Source of the DNA: Chiloscyllium plagiosum
Taxonomy: Eukaryota
Reading direction: 5' to 3'
Assembly: GCF_004010195.1 (NCBI RefSeq)
Contig: NC_057718.1
Coordinates: 21,623,499-21,643,498 of the forward strand
DNA: 20,000 bases
The notes under the pieces are model-generated. The model was not told the origin of the DNA and searched no databases. It saw only the letters and a program-made list of their open reading frames with translations. The first letter of the stretch is position 1. Every line of letters begins with the position of its first letter. The position numbers were made by a program, and so were the translations under genes. Shown piece by piece: positions 9,739 to 19,832 of the stretch.

Positions 9739-12632
9739 GCTGTTAGGGGAGGGGAGGGAAATATATCCTTGGTGCTGGGGTCTGTTTGGAGGTGGCGGAA
9801 GTGACGGCGGATGATGCGCTGTACATGGAGATTGGTGGGGTGGTAGGTGAGGACCAGTGGGGTTCTGTCCTGGTGGCGGTTGGAGGGGCGGGGTTCAAGG
9901 GCGGAGGATCGGGGAGTGGAAGAGATGCGGTGGAGGGCATCGTCGATCACGTCGGGGGGGAAATTGCGGTCCTTGAAGAAGGAGGCCATCTGGGATGTGC
10001 GTTTTTGGAACTGGTCCTCCTGGGAGCAGATGCGGCGGAGTCGAAGGAATTGGGAGAATGGGATGGCGTTTTTGCAGGGGGCAGGATGGGAGGAGGTGTA
10101 GTCCAGGTAGCTGTGGGAGTCGGTCGGTTTGTAGTAGATGTCCATGTTGATCCGGTCGCCTGAGATGGAAATAGAAAGGTCGAGGAAGGGGAGGGAGGAG
10201 TAGTACGTTTTGGTACAACAAACAAGGGTAGGACTTCTACACTTAATGTTAGAGGTTTGGGACGTGTTGTAGATCAGAGGGACCTAGGGGGTTCAAATAC
10301 ATAATTCTTTGAAGTTGGCATCACATTTAGTCTGGGTGGTTAAAATGGCATTTAGAATGCTTGCCTTCATTGGTCAGCCCTTTGAATATAGGAGTTGGAA
10401 CATCATGTTGAGATTATACAGGACATTGCACCTCTTCTGGAGTTCGGTGTGCAGTTCTGGTCACCCAGTTATAGGAAGGATAATATTAAACTGGAGAAGG
10501 TACAGAAGTGATTTACCAGGATGTTGCCAGGTATAGAAGGTTTGAGTTGTAAAGAAAAGCTGGAACTTATTTCACTGGAACCTAGGAGGTTGAGAGGTGA
10601 CATTATTGAAGTTTATAAAATCATGAGAGGCATAGATGGGTTAATGGTAGGTACCTTTTCCCTGGAATGGGGGATTTCAAGATTAGAGGGGATATTTGTA
10701 TGGTGAGATGAAAGAGATTTAAAGAAAGACATGAGGAGCAATAGTTTTACATGGTGATTCACATGTGGAATGAACTTCCTGAGGAAGTGATGGATGGGAC
10801 ACAATTACAACATTTAAAAGATACTTGGATAACTACACGAATAGGAAATATTTGGAGGGAATATGGGCCAGGAACAGGAAGATGGGACTAGTTTAGTTTA
10901 GGATTATGTTTGGCACGGAATGGTTTGATAAAAGGTCTGTTTCTGTGCTGTATGATTCTATCCTCATAACTGAAGTTTCTCATTCCTGGAATCATTCTTA
11001 TAAATCACTTTTGCACTGTTTACAATGTATTCACATCTTTCCAAAACATGGTACTCACAACTACACACAATATTTCATCTGAGGTCTACCAAGTCGAGAT
11101 CGGGACAGTCTCCACCTGAACTAATCTGGAACTAGTGTTCTAGCGAAAAGGATAAATAGAGTGATGACTAGGACTTTAAACTTGTGAAACGGGGGAAGGG
11201 AAAGGGAAAGCGACAGGGAGTATGGATTCAGGTAGAAACATAAGCAGCAAGTTAGTATGTGTGCAGGGTTTAAGTTCAAGGCAGACTAGGAATGAAGCAA
11301 AAAGGAAGGATAACTTAGGACATATTACTAGAGATGTTGGAAATCATGAGGATAGCATTAATGCAAAATTAGCATTAAGGCGTATTACCTGAATGCTCGT
11401 ACTATTTGTAACAAAGTAGATGAATTAATGGCACAAATCATCGTGAATGATTCTGATGTGGTAGACATGGTTGCAGGGGGTTCAGGACTGGCAGTTACAC
11501 ATCCAAGGGTTTACAATTTATCAAAAAGACAGGGAGCTGGGCAGAGGGGGCGGGGTTGCCTTGTTTAGTTAAGTATGAAATTAAATCTATGACACTGAAT
11601 GACATAGGGTCAGATGGTGTGGAGTCTGTGTGGATGGAATTGAGGAGCACAAAGACAAAAAAACCATAATGGGAGTTATGTACAGACCTCCTAACAGTGG
11701 TCAGGACCAGGGGTGATAGATAGGGAATGTCAGAAAGGCAAGGTCACGGTGATCATGGGGGGACTTCAATACGCAGGTGGACTGAGTGAATAATGCTGCC
11801 GGTGGATCCAAAGAAAGGGAATTCATGGAATGCTTACACGATGGCTTTTTGGAACAGGTTGTGATGGAGCCCATAAAGGAACAGGCTAATCTGGACTTAA
11901 AGTGTGTTGTAATGAGCCAGACTTTATAAAAGATCTTAAAGTAAGGAACACTTAGGAGGCAGCGATCATAATATGGTAGAGTTCAGTCTGCAGTTGGAAA
12001 GAGGGAAGGCAAAATCGGATGTAATGATATTACAGTTAAATAAAGGTAATTACAGGGTCATGAGAGAGGAACTGACAAAACTCGACTGGAAGCAGACCAT
12101 AGTGGGAGAAGACAGTAGAGCAACAATGGTAGGAGTCTCTGGATGTAACTGAGGACACAGTACGGAGGTTCATCCAAAAGAAAAGGAAGATTATCCTGTG
12201 GGGTGGGGGGTGGAGAGGATTAGACAGCCATGGCTGACAAAGCAAATCAGGAAACGTATCAAAGAAAAAGATTCAACCTATAAAGTGGCCAAGTGCACTG
12301 GGAAATCAGAAGATTGGGAAGACTACAAAATCAAACAGAGGATAACAAAGAAAGAAATAAGGAAGGTAAGGATCAAATGTGAAGGTAGGCTAGCCAGTAA
12401 TATTAGAAATGATAGGAGAAGTTTCTTTTAATACATAAGAAACAAATGAGAGGCAAAAGTAGACATTGGGACACTCCAAACTAATGTAGGAAGGCTAATG
12501 CTGGGAGATAAGGAAATAGCTAAAGAACTTAATAAGTGCTTTGTGTCAGTCTTCAAAGTGGAGGACAGGAGTAATATCTTATCCCAACAGTTAAGGAGAG
12601 TCAGGGGACAGAGTTGAGTATGGTAGCTATTA

Positions 12633-12677
12633 GCTGAAACTTTATTGCTGGAACAGCACAGCAGGTCAGGCAGCATC
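12633..12677 (-). mobile_element. 45-bp Penelope terminal fragment with 9-bp target duplication
   Basis: TTGCTGGAACAGCACAGCAGGTCAGGCAGCATC matches 9161-9193. It is flanked by TAGCTATTA at 12624-12632 and 12678-12686. Confidence 0.85.
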
Positions 12678-12973
12678 TAGCTATTACAAAAGAGTAAGTG
12701 CTAGAAAAGCTAAAAGGTCTAAAAATTGATAAATCTCCTGTGCCCGATGGGCTACATCCTTGACTTCTGAGGGAGGCAGCTGAGGAAATAGCAGAGGTCT
12801 TGGTTGTGATCTTTCAGAAGTTATTGAAGTCAGGGGTAGTCCCAGATGATTGGAAAATCGCTGTTGTAACCCTCTTGTTCAAGAAAGGATCAAGGCAAAT
12901 GGTGGAAAATTATAGGCCGATTAGCCTAACCTCGGTTGTTGACAAAGTTCTAGAATCCATCGTTAAGGATGAG

Positions 12974-13129
12974 GTCAGGGGACAGAGTTGAGTATGGTAG
13001 CTATTAGCTGAAACTTTATTGCTGGAACAGCACAGCAGGTCAGGCAGCATCTAAATATTACAAAAGAGTAAGTGCTAGAAAAGCTAAAAGGTTGTTGACA
13101 AAGTTCTAGAATCCATCGTTAAGGATGAG
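12974..13129 (+). repeat. Local templated duplication
   Basis: 12974-13092 copies 12600-12718 (119 bp, 2 adjacent mismatches). 13090-13129 exactly copies 12934-12973. Confidence 0.92.
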
Positions 13130-13418
13130 ATTTCTAAATTCTTAGAAGTGCACAGTCAGATTAGAACAAGTCAGCAAGGATTTAGTAAGGGGAGGTCGTG
13201 CCTGATATACCTGTTAGAATTCTTTGAAGAGGTAACAAGTAGGTTAGACCAGGGAAACCCAGTGGATATTATCTATCTAGACTTCCAAAAGGCATTTAAT
13301 AAGGTGCCTCACGGGAGGCTGCTGAGTAAGGTGAGGGCCCATGGTGTTCGAGGTGAGCTACTGGCATGGATTGAGGATTGGCTGTCTGACAGAAGGCAGA
13401 GAGTTGGGATAAAAGGTT

Positions 13419-13818
13419 NNNNNNNNNNNNNNNNNNNNNNNNNNNNNNNNNNNNNNNNNNNNNNNNNNNNNNNNNNNNNNNNNNNNNNNNNNNNNNNNNN
13501 NNNNNNNNNNNNNNNNNNNNNNNNNNNNNNNNNNNNNNNNNNNNNNNNNNNNNNNNNNNNNNNNNNNNNNNNNNNNNNNNNNNNNNNNNNNNNNNNNNNN
13601 NNNNNNNNNNNNNNNNNNNNNNNNNNNNNNNNNNNNNNNNNNNNNNNNNNNNNNNNNNNNNNNNNNNNNNNNNNNNNNNNNNNNNNNNNNNNNNNNNNNN
13701 NNNNNNNNNNNNNNNNNNNNNNNNNNNNNNNNNNNNNNNNNNNNNNNNNNNNNNNNNNNNNNNNNNNNNNNNNNNNNNNNNNNNNNNNNNNNNNNNNNNN
13801 NNNNNNNNNNNNNNNNNN
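13419..13818. other. Assembly gap (400 N)
   Basis: Run of N. Confidence 1.
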
Positions 13819-13922
13819 GTAAATGTAGGGGTATGGGTGGGTTTCGCTTCGGCGGGTCGGTGTGGACTTGTTGGGCCGAAGGGCCTGTTTCCACACTGTA
13901 ATCTAATCTAATCTAAAAAAAA
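13819..13922 (+). mobile_element. 3' end of a young HE1/V-SINE inserted in the CR1
   Basis: GGGTCGGTGTGGACTTGTTGGGCCGAAGGGCCTGTTTCCACACTG followed by (TAATC)3 and an A-run. It is homologous to the tail of the SINE at 16358-16430 and retains its CpGs. Confidence 0.85.
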
Positions 13923-14792
13923 TATGATGAACGGTTGAGGATCCTGGGTTTGTATTCATTAGAGTTTAGAAGGTTGAGGGAAGATCTAATCGAAACTTAC
14001 AAGATAATGCATGGCTTAGAAAGGGTGAACGTTGGGAAGTTGTTTTCGTTAGGCGGGGAGACCAGGCGTGGGCACAGCCTTAGAATTAGTGGGGGTCAAT
14101 TTAGAATGGAAATGAGGAGACATTTCTTCAGCCAGAGAGTGGTGGGCCTGTGGAATTCATTGCCACAGAACACAGTGGAGGCCAAGATGTTAAACGTCTT
14201 CAAGGCAAAGATTGATAAATTCTTGATTTCACAAGGAATTAAGGGCTAGGGGAGAGTGCGGGTAAGTGGAGTTGAAATGCCATCAGCCATGATTAAATGG
14301 CAGAGTGGACTCGACTGGCCGAATGGCCTTACTTGCACTCCTATGTCTTATGGGCTTATGGTCTTAAGTGCCTTGTACAAGATCAACATCACTTCCTTGT
14401 TCATGTACTTTATGCCCCTACTAATAAAGCCAAGAACATTGTATGTTTTATGAACTGCTTTCTGCACCTGTCCTGCTCCCTTCAATAATATGTGCACATC
14501 CCTCTTCTCCTGCACCCCTTTTATATTATCTTTCAACGTTCTTCAGACTAAAGTGCATCACCTCACAAATATCTGCATTAAACCTTATCTGCTACATCTC
14601 TGTACACTCCCCCAAATTATTAATGTCTGTTTGGAGTTCCACATTGTTCTCTTCAGTGAACAATTCTTACAAGTTTAATATCAGCTGCAAGCTTTGCAAT
14701 TGTCTCCTTGCACCAAGATCCAGATCATTAATATATTAGGAAAAGTAAGGGTCTCAATACTGATCTTTGGAGAACTATACTGCAAACCTTCC

Positions 14793-15841
14793 TTTCTTCA
14801 ACCTCCACTGCCTTCAAGACAAAATCAAAGTCAACTCAACCAGTGTCATTGTTCTGTAATGTGCAGATGATGCTTGTGTATGTGCAATCTCACAGCTTGT
14901 ATTCAGATCATCATTACGAAGGCATATGTAAGCATAGGTCTCAGCCTAAACAGCCACAGGATAAAGGTCCTCCACTGAGCTGGCATGGCATTGTTGAGCA
15001 AACACCCAACAATTAAGGTCCACAAGGAGGTCTTAGAGAAGGTCGACCCACTTCAAGTACCTTGGAATTGTCCTGTCGGCCAAAGCAATGATTGATGAAG
15101 AGATCCAGCAGCGCCTGCAGTGTGCTAACGTATCCTTCGGTCACCTGGGGAAAAGAGTATTCAAGGACAACAAGATCAGATCTGACACCAAAATTAAGGT
15201 TTACAGAGCTGTGTTAGTTCCCGCCCTTCTACATAGCACTGGGACATGCACAGTCTACAGTAGATATGGCAAGGCACTGGAGCATTACCACCAATGCTGC
15301 CTGTGCAAGATGCTGCATATCCGCTGGGAAGAAAGACGCATCAATATCAGCATCTACGACCAGGCCAACATCCCCAGCATCGAGGCACTGACCACATTGG
15401 CTACAATGGACTGGGCATGTCGTCAGCATGACATATAAGAGACTCCCCGAGAAGGTTCGCCACTCTCAGCTTTGAAATAGCAGGCAAGCCCCAGGTGAAC
15501 AGAGGAAGTGCTTCAGTGATACCTCGAGTGAAATGAAGTACAGCATTCCACACAGATACCTGGGAATCACTGGCCCAAAACTGTCCAAAGTGGAAGAGAA
15601 GCATCCAGGTAAGTATTAAGTACCTCAAGACTTGCCATCGGGAAAATATGAAAGATAGGCAAAAACAGGAAAATGAGCACACTGCCACACCAATGTGTCA
15701 CCCACTCCTTCCCACGACCACCCTGTGCCCTAAGTATAACAGAGTCTGCAATAGTTGCATTAGTCCGTACAGTCACCTACGGACTCACCCTCAGAGTGGA
15801 ATAAAGTCAATCTTTGCTGTGAGGGACCACTGATGATGATG
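14793..15841 (+). mobile_element. RTE-clade LINE, 5'-truncated
   Basis: Contains CADDAC and FKYLG, then IDEEIQQRLQCANVSFGHLGKRVF..TKIKVYRAVLVPALL..LEHYHQCCL..IRWEERRINISI..ANIPSIEAL. A C-terminal Zn-finger remnant reads CPKYNRVC..SHLRTH. There is a (TGA)n tail, and GCAAACCT at 14782-14789 and 15842-15849. Confidence 0.92.
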
Positions 15842-16149
15842 GCAAACCTCAAGCCTAAAAATATCCATTAAAAATATAATGCTTAGTATTACTAAACCAA
15901 TTTCGTATTCATGTTGCCGTTGTCCCTTTTATACCATGACTTATAATTTCCCTCACAAATCGTTTGTTTGATACAGTTATCAAGTGCCTTCTGGAATTTC
16001 ATGTATACTGCATCAAAATGTGACCCACATCGTTCCTTTCCGTTCCTCTTCAAAAATCTGCAGCAAGTTAGTGAAGTTACTCATCTTAACCAATACACCA
16101 TAATCCATGTAATGATTATCTGAAATGATTGTTTCTAAATTTGAAAGAT

Positions 16150-17363
16150 GTTGGCTAAGGATCATTGTGAATTTCTACAGGGCATCTTGTAGATGGTACA
16201 TACTGCTGCTGAGTCCATGATGAAGGCAGTAGAAACTTGTGGGTGTTTTGCCAATCAAATATGCTGCTTTGGCCAGGATGGTGTCAAGTTTCTTGAATGT
16301 TGTTGGAACAGCACTCATCCAGGTAAATGGGGAGAATTCCATAACACTCCTGACTTGTAGATCATAGAATCCCTACAGTTTGGAAGCTGGCCATTTGGCC
16401 CATCGATTCCACACCGACCCTCCAAAGAGCATCACATCCTGACGCACCCCTCTGCTTTATCCTGTAACCCTAATTTTCCATGGCTAATCCACCTATCCTG
16501 CATTTTCATGGATAGCATGACCCGTCCACCTAACCTGCACATCTTTGGACTGCGGGAGGAAACCGGAGCACCCGAAGGAAACCGATGCTGACATCGGAGA
16601 ATGTGCAAACTCCACACAGACAGTTGCTTCAAGCTGGAATTGAACCCAGGTCTTGGTGCTGTGAGGCAGCAGTGCTAGCCACCATGCCGCTCTGGTTTAC
16701 AGATTTTGGGGAATCAGAGGGTGAGTTACTTGCTGCAGTATTCCTAGCCTCCATCCTACTCTTGTGTCCATTGTATTTACATGGTGAGTCCATTTGAGTT
16801 TCTGGTCAATGGTAACTCACAGTTTGTGGATGTCGGGAATTTCAGTGAAGTAACAGCATTGCATGACAAAGGACAATGGTTAGATTGCCCTTTATTGGTG
16901 ATGGTCATTGTCTGGCATTTGTGTGATGCAAATGATATTTGTCACTTTTGAGCCCAAGCTTGGATATTGCCCAGGTCTAACTGCATTTGAACGTGAACAG
17001 CTTCAGGATTTGTAGACTCACAAATGGTACTGAACATTGGCGAACATACCAACTGCTGACCTTATGATGGAGGGAAGGTCACTGACGAAGAAGCTGAAGG
17101 TGTTTGGGCCTAAGTCACTACCCTGAGGAACCCCTGCAGAGACACCCTGGAGCTGAGATGACTGATCTCCAACAACCATAACCATCTTCTAATGAGCCAG
17201 GTATGACTTCAACAGGTCTACTTGCATACCGAACAGTATAAGCAGCAAGTGATAGATAGCCCTTGATATCAAGGTAACATTCAACTGAGTGTGGCATCAA
17301 AGGTCTTCAGCAAAACTGAAATCAATGGGAATCAGGGGCAATCTCTCTGGTGATTGGAGTTAT
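16150..17363 (-). mobile_element. Ancient CR1/L2-group LINE RT fragment with an inverted 5' segment, split by a SINE
   Basis: The minus strand reads MVMVVGDQSSQLQGVSAGVPQGS.LGP..FSFFVSDLPS..VGMFA and QVRSVMEFSPFTWMSAVPTTFKKLDTI. The plus strand at 17249-17363 has ALDIK..F..VWHQ..KLKSMGIRG. The exact clade is uncertain. Confidence 0.8.
16358..16688 (-). mobile_element. tRNA-derived V-SINE (shark HE1-like), near full length
   Basis: The minus strand has head GGCATGGTGGCTAGCACTGCTGCCTCACAGC and B box GGTTCAATTCC (16636-16646). The V-domain is TGTGTGGAGTTTGCACATTCTCC..GGTGCTCCGGTTTCCTCCC..TCCAAAGATGTGCAGGTTAGG. The 3' tail is CR1-like. Confidence 0.93.
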
Positions 17364-17364
17364 A

Positions 17365-17692
17365 GGCCTTTTCTTTTAATCTTATATATTCCTGAACTTC
17401 CTTTGTTAGTCATGGTTGACTGCTCTTTTTGAGTTTTTGCACTTTGAAGGAACGTATAATTCTTGAAAGTTATGTAATAGTTTTTAAAATTCTATGTATT
17501 GCATATGTACAATCATATCTTGTAACACATTTTACCAATCCAACTCAGCCAATTTGTGTTTCATGGGTTCTTAATTTCCTTTATCTGAATTTAACACTCT
17601 TGCTTTAGAACGAACTACCTCACATTCAAACATAATGTAAAATTCTATCATATTGTGGTCACTCATCTCTAAGGGCTATTTTACAAACATTG
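17365..17692 (-). mobile_element. Old CR1 endonuclease/linker fragment
   Basis: The minus strand reads SDHNMIEFYIMFE..SKARVLNS.KGN..MKHKLAELDW, homologous to 11960-12090. Confidence 0.75.
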
Positions 17693-18284
17693 CAGACAAT
17701 CATAGCTCCTTGAAAGTAGAGTCGCAGGTAGATAGGAGAGTGAAGTAGGTGTTTGGTATGCTTTCCTTTATTGGTCAGAGTATTGAGTATAGGAGTTGGG
17801 AGATCATGTTGCGACTGCACAGGACATTGGTTAGGCCCCTTTTGGAATATTGGTTTGAGGATTTGAGCAATAGGGAGAGGCTGAATAGGCTGAGGCTGAT
17901 TTTCTTGGAGCGTCGGAGGCTAAGGGGTGACCTTATAGAGGTTTATAAAATCAAGAGGGGCATGGATAGGGTAAATAGATAAAGTATTTTCCCTGGGGTG
18001 GTGGAGTCCAGAACTAGAGTTCATAGGTTAGGGTGAGGGGGGAAAAGGTATAAAAGGAACCGAAGAGGCAACTTTTTCACAAAGAGGGTGGTGCGTGTAT
18101 GGAATGAGCTGCCAGAGGAAGTGGTGGAGGCTGGTACAATTGCAACATTTAAAAGGCATCTGGATGGGTATATGAATTGGAAGGGTTTGGAGGGATATGG
18201 GCCAAGTGCTGGCAAATGGAACTGGACGAGGTTGGGATATCTGGTCGGCATGAAGTTCTCGTGCTGTAGATCTCTATGACTCTA
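17693..18284 (+). mobile_element. CR1 LINE 3' fragment with internal deletion
   Basis: Reads FGMLSFIGQSIEYRSWEIMLRLHRTLVRPLLEY / RRLRGDLIEVYKI / VRVWNELPEEVVEAGTIATFKRHLD. The tail is TCTCTATGACTCTA. Confidence 0.93.
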
Positions 18285-19220
18285 ATAAGGACTCTAATTT
18301 TTATAATTGTTAGTAGAGAAAGCAATAACTAAAGGAAACAGCAGGGAAAGTGATAGGCAACATGAAATGTATAATGTAAAACAATTACAGCACTGCACTA
18401 TTCATTGAGTTGCTTTCTGGCTGGTTAATTAGACCTTTTTTGCATTTTGCAATCAGGTTACTCACACAGCCTGTTTGCTAAAGAAGGGGAAAAAGCATAA
18501 CCAAAAATACATAACAGGTTTTATATCAGGAAAGTGTGGATGGTTTGTGGTTATTAGGGTATAGCTGAGATTCTGTTTACTGAAACAATCCAATGGCTGC
18601 AGACATGGATAATGCATATTTTGCTGTCAAGACTTTGCTTCCCTTGCAGTAGTGCTTTGTAAATTTGATGCAGGTCACTTGAATCTAATGTTATTTTTCA
18701 AAACAAAACACTCTAAATGTACACATTGTTCATGATTTAAAATAAATGTTAAACATTTTGATTCACATTTTTCCATGGTTTGAATTTGCAATGTAGGTCT
18801 GGTCTCAATTATGTCCATATACTGTACATAAAAGCAGATTTGTTATTTGCGTAAATGGTAAATTTGGTTAAAAAAAAGGAGAGACGTGGCAGTATGAGAT
18901 GTGGTTACCATGACTACAAATGCAATCCAGAGCTTCCCGAAGTTTTGTTGCTGTAGTCTCTCATTCCTTTACTGTATAAAACTCTGTGTACCTGCTGAAG
19001 TTAATCTAGTACATGTTAAAAATTATGAAAAATAGTAACAAAGTCCAAGATTTGTTATTTCAAACTTGTATACATTACCAGTGAGCTCATATTTGGCTAG
19101 CAAGTGCCATTTTGAGAACCATATATTTGAAAGAACGTTTAAATGAGTTCAGAAGACAGTAATAATGATCCTGGGACTTCTTAAATACATCTCACAGCTT
19201 CGAAATAATGCCCACTGAGC

Positions 19221-19472
19221 CATAGTCATAGAGATGTATCCTTCGGTCTAACTTGTCCATGCTGTTCAGATATCCTAAATTAATCTAGTCCCAATTATCA
19301 ACATTTGGCCCATATCACTCGAAACCCTTCTTATTCAAGTATCCATCCAGATGCCTTTTAAATGTGTTTAATGGTACCAATCTCCATCACCTGCTCTGGC
19401 AGCTCACCACCCTCTGTGTGAACAGATGTCCCTTAGGTCCCTTTTAAATCTTTCCCCTCTCAACTTAAACCA
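19221..19472 (-). mobile_element. CR1 3' tail fragment
   Basis: CATAGTCATAGAG tail. The body matches the reverse complement of 18020-18280. Confidence 0.88.
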
Positions 19473-19477
19473 ATAAA

Positions 19478-19832
19478 GTGACCACAATTCCATTAGTTTT
19501 AAAAAAGCTATGGAAAAGGACATGTTTGGTCCACATGTTAAGGTTCTAAATTGGGACAAGGACAATTTTGATGGTCTCAGACAGGAACTTTGAAAAGTTG
19601 ATTGGGGAGGCTGTTTGCACACAAAGGTCTGGTAAGTGGGAGACTTTCAAAAGTGAAATAGAGAGATCAGTATGTTCCTGTAAGAATGAAGGGCAAGCCT
19701 GGCAGGAGTAGGGAACCCTGATGATGAGACTTATTGAGGCCCTGGTCAAGAAAAAGAAGGATTCATATGCTATGTATAGGGAGCTGGGATCAAGTGAATT
19801 CTTTGAGGAGTATATAGGGTGATTGAGTACAC
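19478..19832 (+). mobile_element. CR1 endonuclease-end/linker fragment
   Basis: Reads SDHNSISFKKAMEKD..VKVLNWDKDNFDGLRQEL. 19615-19720 matches the reverse complement of about 7180-7295. Confidence 0.85.

Larger units (their letters stand above)
9150..10198 (-). mobile_element. Young 5'-truncated Penelope-like (Neptune-type) retroelement containing an assembly gap
   Basis: The open minus frame reads SSLPFLDLSISISGDRINMDIYYKPTDSHSYLDYTSSHP...SQFLRLRRICS (Penelope RT thumb). A Cys-rich linker and GIY-YIG start (RRCKTCAH...FTCTSTHIIYCIPCTRCG) lie at 9529-9666 on the plus strand. The terminal repeat is at 9150-9388. The element is GC- and CpG-rich. AGTAG is repeated at 9145-9149 and 10199-10203. 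Confidence 0.93.
8600..10956 (+). mobile_element. CR1 LINE (RT to 3' tail), 5'-truncated, carrying two Penelope insertions
   Basis: Contains DFSKAFD, SGVPLGSVQGPLLFVIYIN, FADDTKIGG and AFIGQPFEYRSWNIMLRLYRTL. The 3' tail is GTCTGTTTCTGTGCTGTATGATTCTAT. TCTAT is repeated at 8595-8599 and 10957-10961. Confidence 0.93.
11095..14365 (+). mobile_element. Long CR1 LINE: ORF1 C-terminus, endonuclease, RT and 3' tail; pseudogenised
   Basis: 11098-11180 reads DRDSLHLN*SGTSVLAKRINR (esterase-type ORF1 end). From about 11370 come YYLNARTICNKVDEL, GRGGGVAL, YRPPNS, MG/DFN and SDHNMVEF (APE endonuclease), then VPDDWKIAVVTLLFKKGS..NYRPISLTSVV and IYLDFQKAFNKVPHG. The tail is CTATGTCTTATGGGCTTATGGTCTT. AAGT occurs at both ends. 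Confidence 0.95.
8218..16140 (-). mobile_element. Old CR1 LINE in four collinear pieces (8218-8599, 10957-11094, 14366-14792, 15842-16140)
   Basis: The tail AAGGCCATTTGCCC is near 8245. The pieces rejoin across short duplications TCTAT, AAGT and GCAAACCT. The minus strand gives KTYNVLGFISRGIKYMNKEVMLILYKAL, and a VYMKFQKALD-like motif near 16000. Confidence 0.8.

Noticed and set aside
9786..10225. Several overlapping ORFs of 84-125 aa on both strands
   Set aside because: Shadow frames of GC-rich Penelope coding DNA.
12600..13129. Direct repeats resembling a CRISPR array or LTR pair
   Set aside because: Only two copies, no repeat-spacer periodicity and no TG..CA or primer-binding site; the context is a eukaryotic LINE.
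13148..13896. Long ORFs of 178-224 aa
   Set aside because: Their length comes from translating Ns. The real part is CR1 RT or SINE.
16630..16688. tRNA-like sequence
   Set aside because: It is the SINE head, with a shortened A-box region and the V-domain attached; it is not a tRNA gene.
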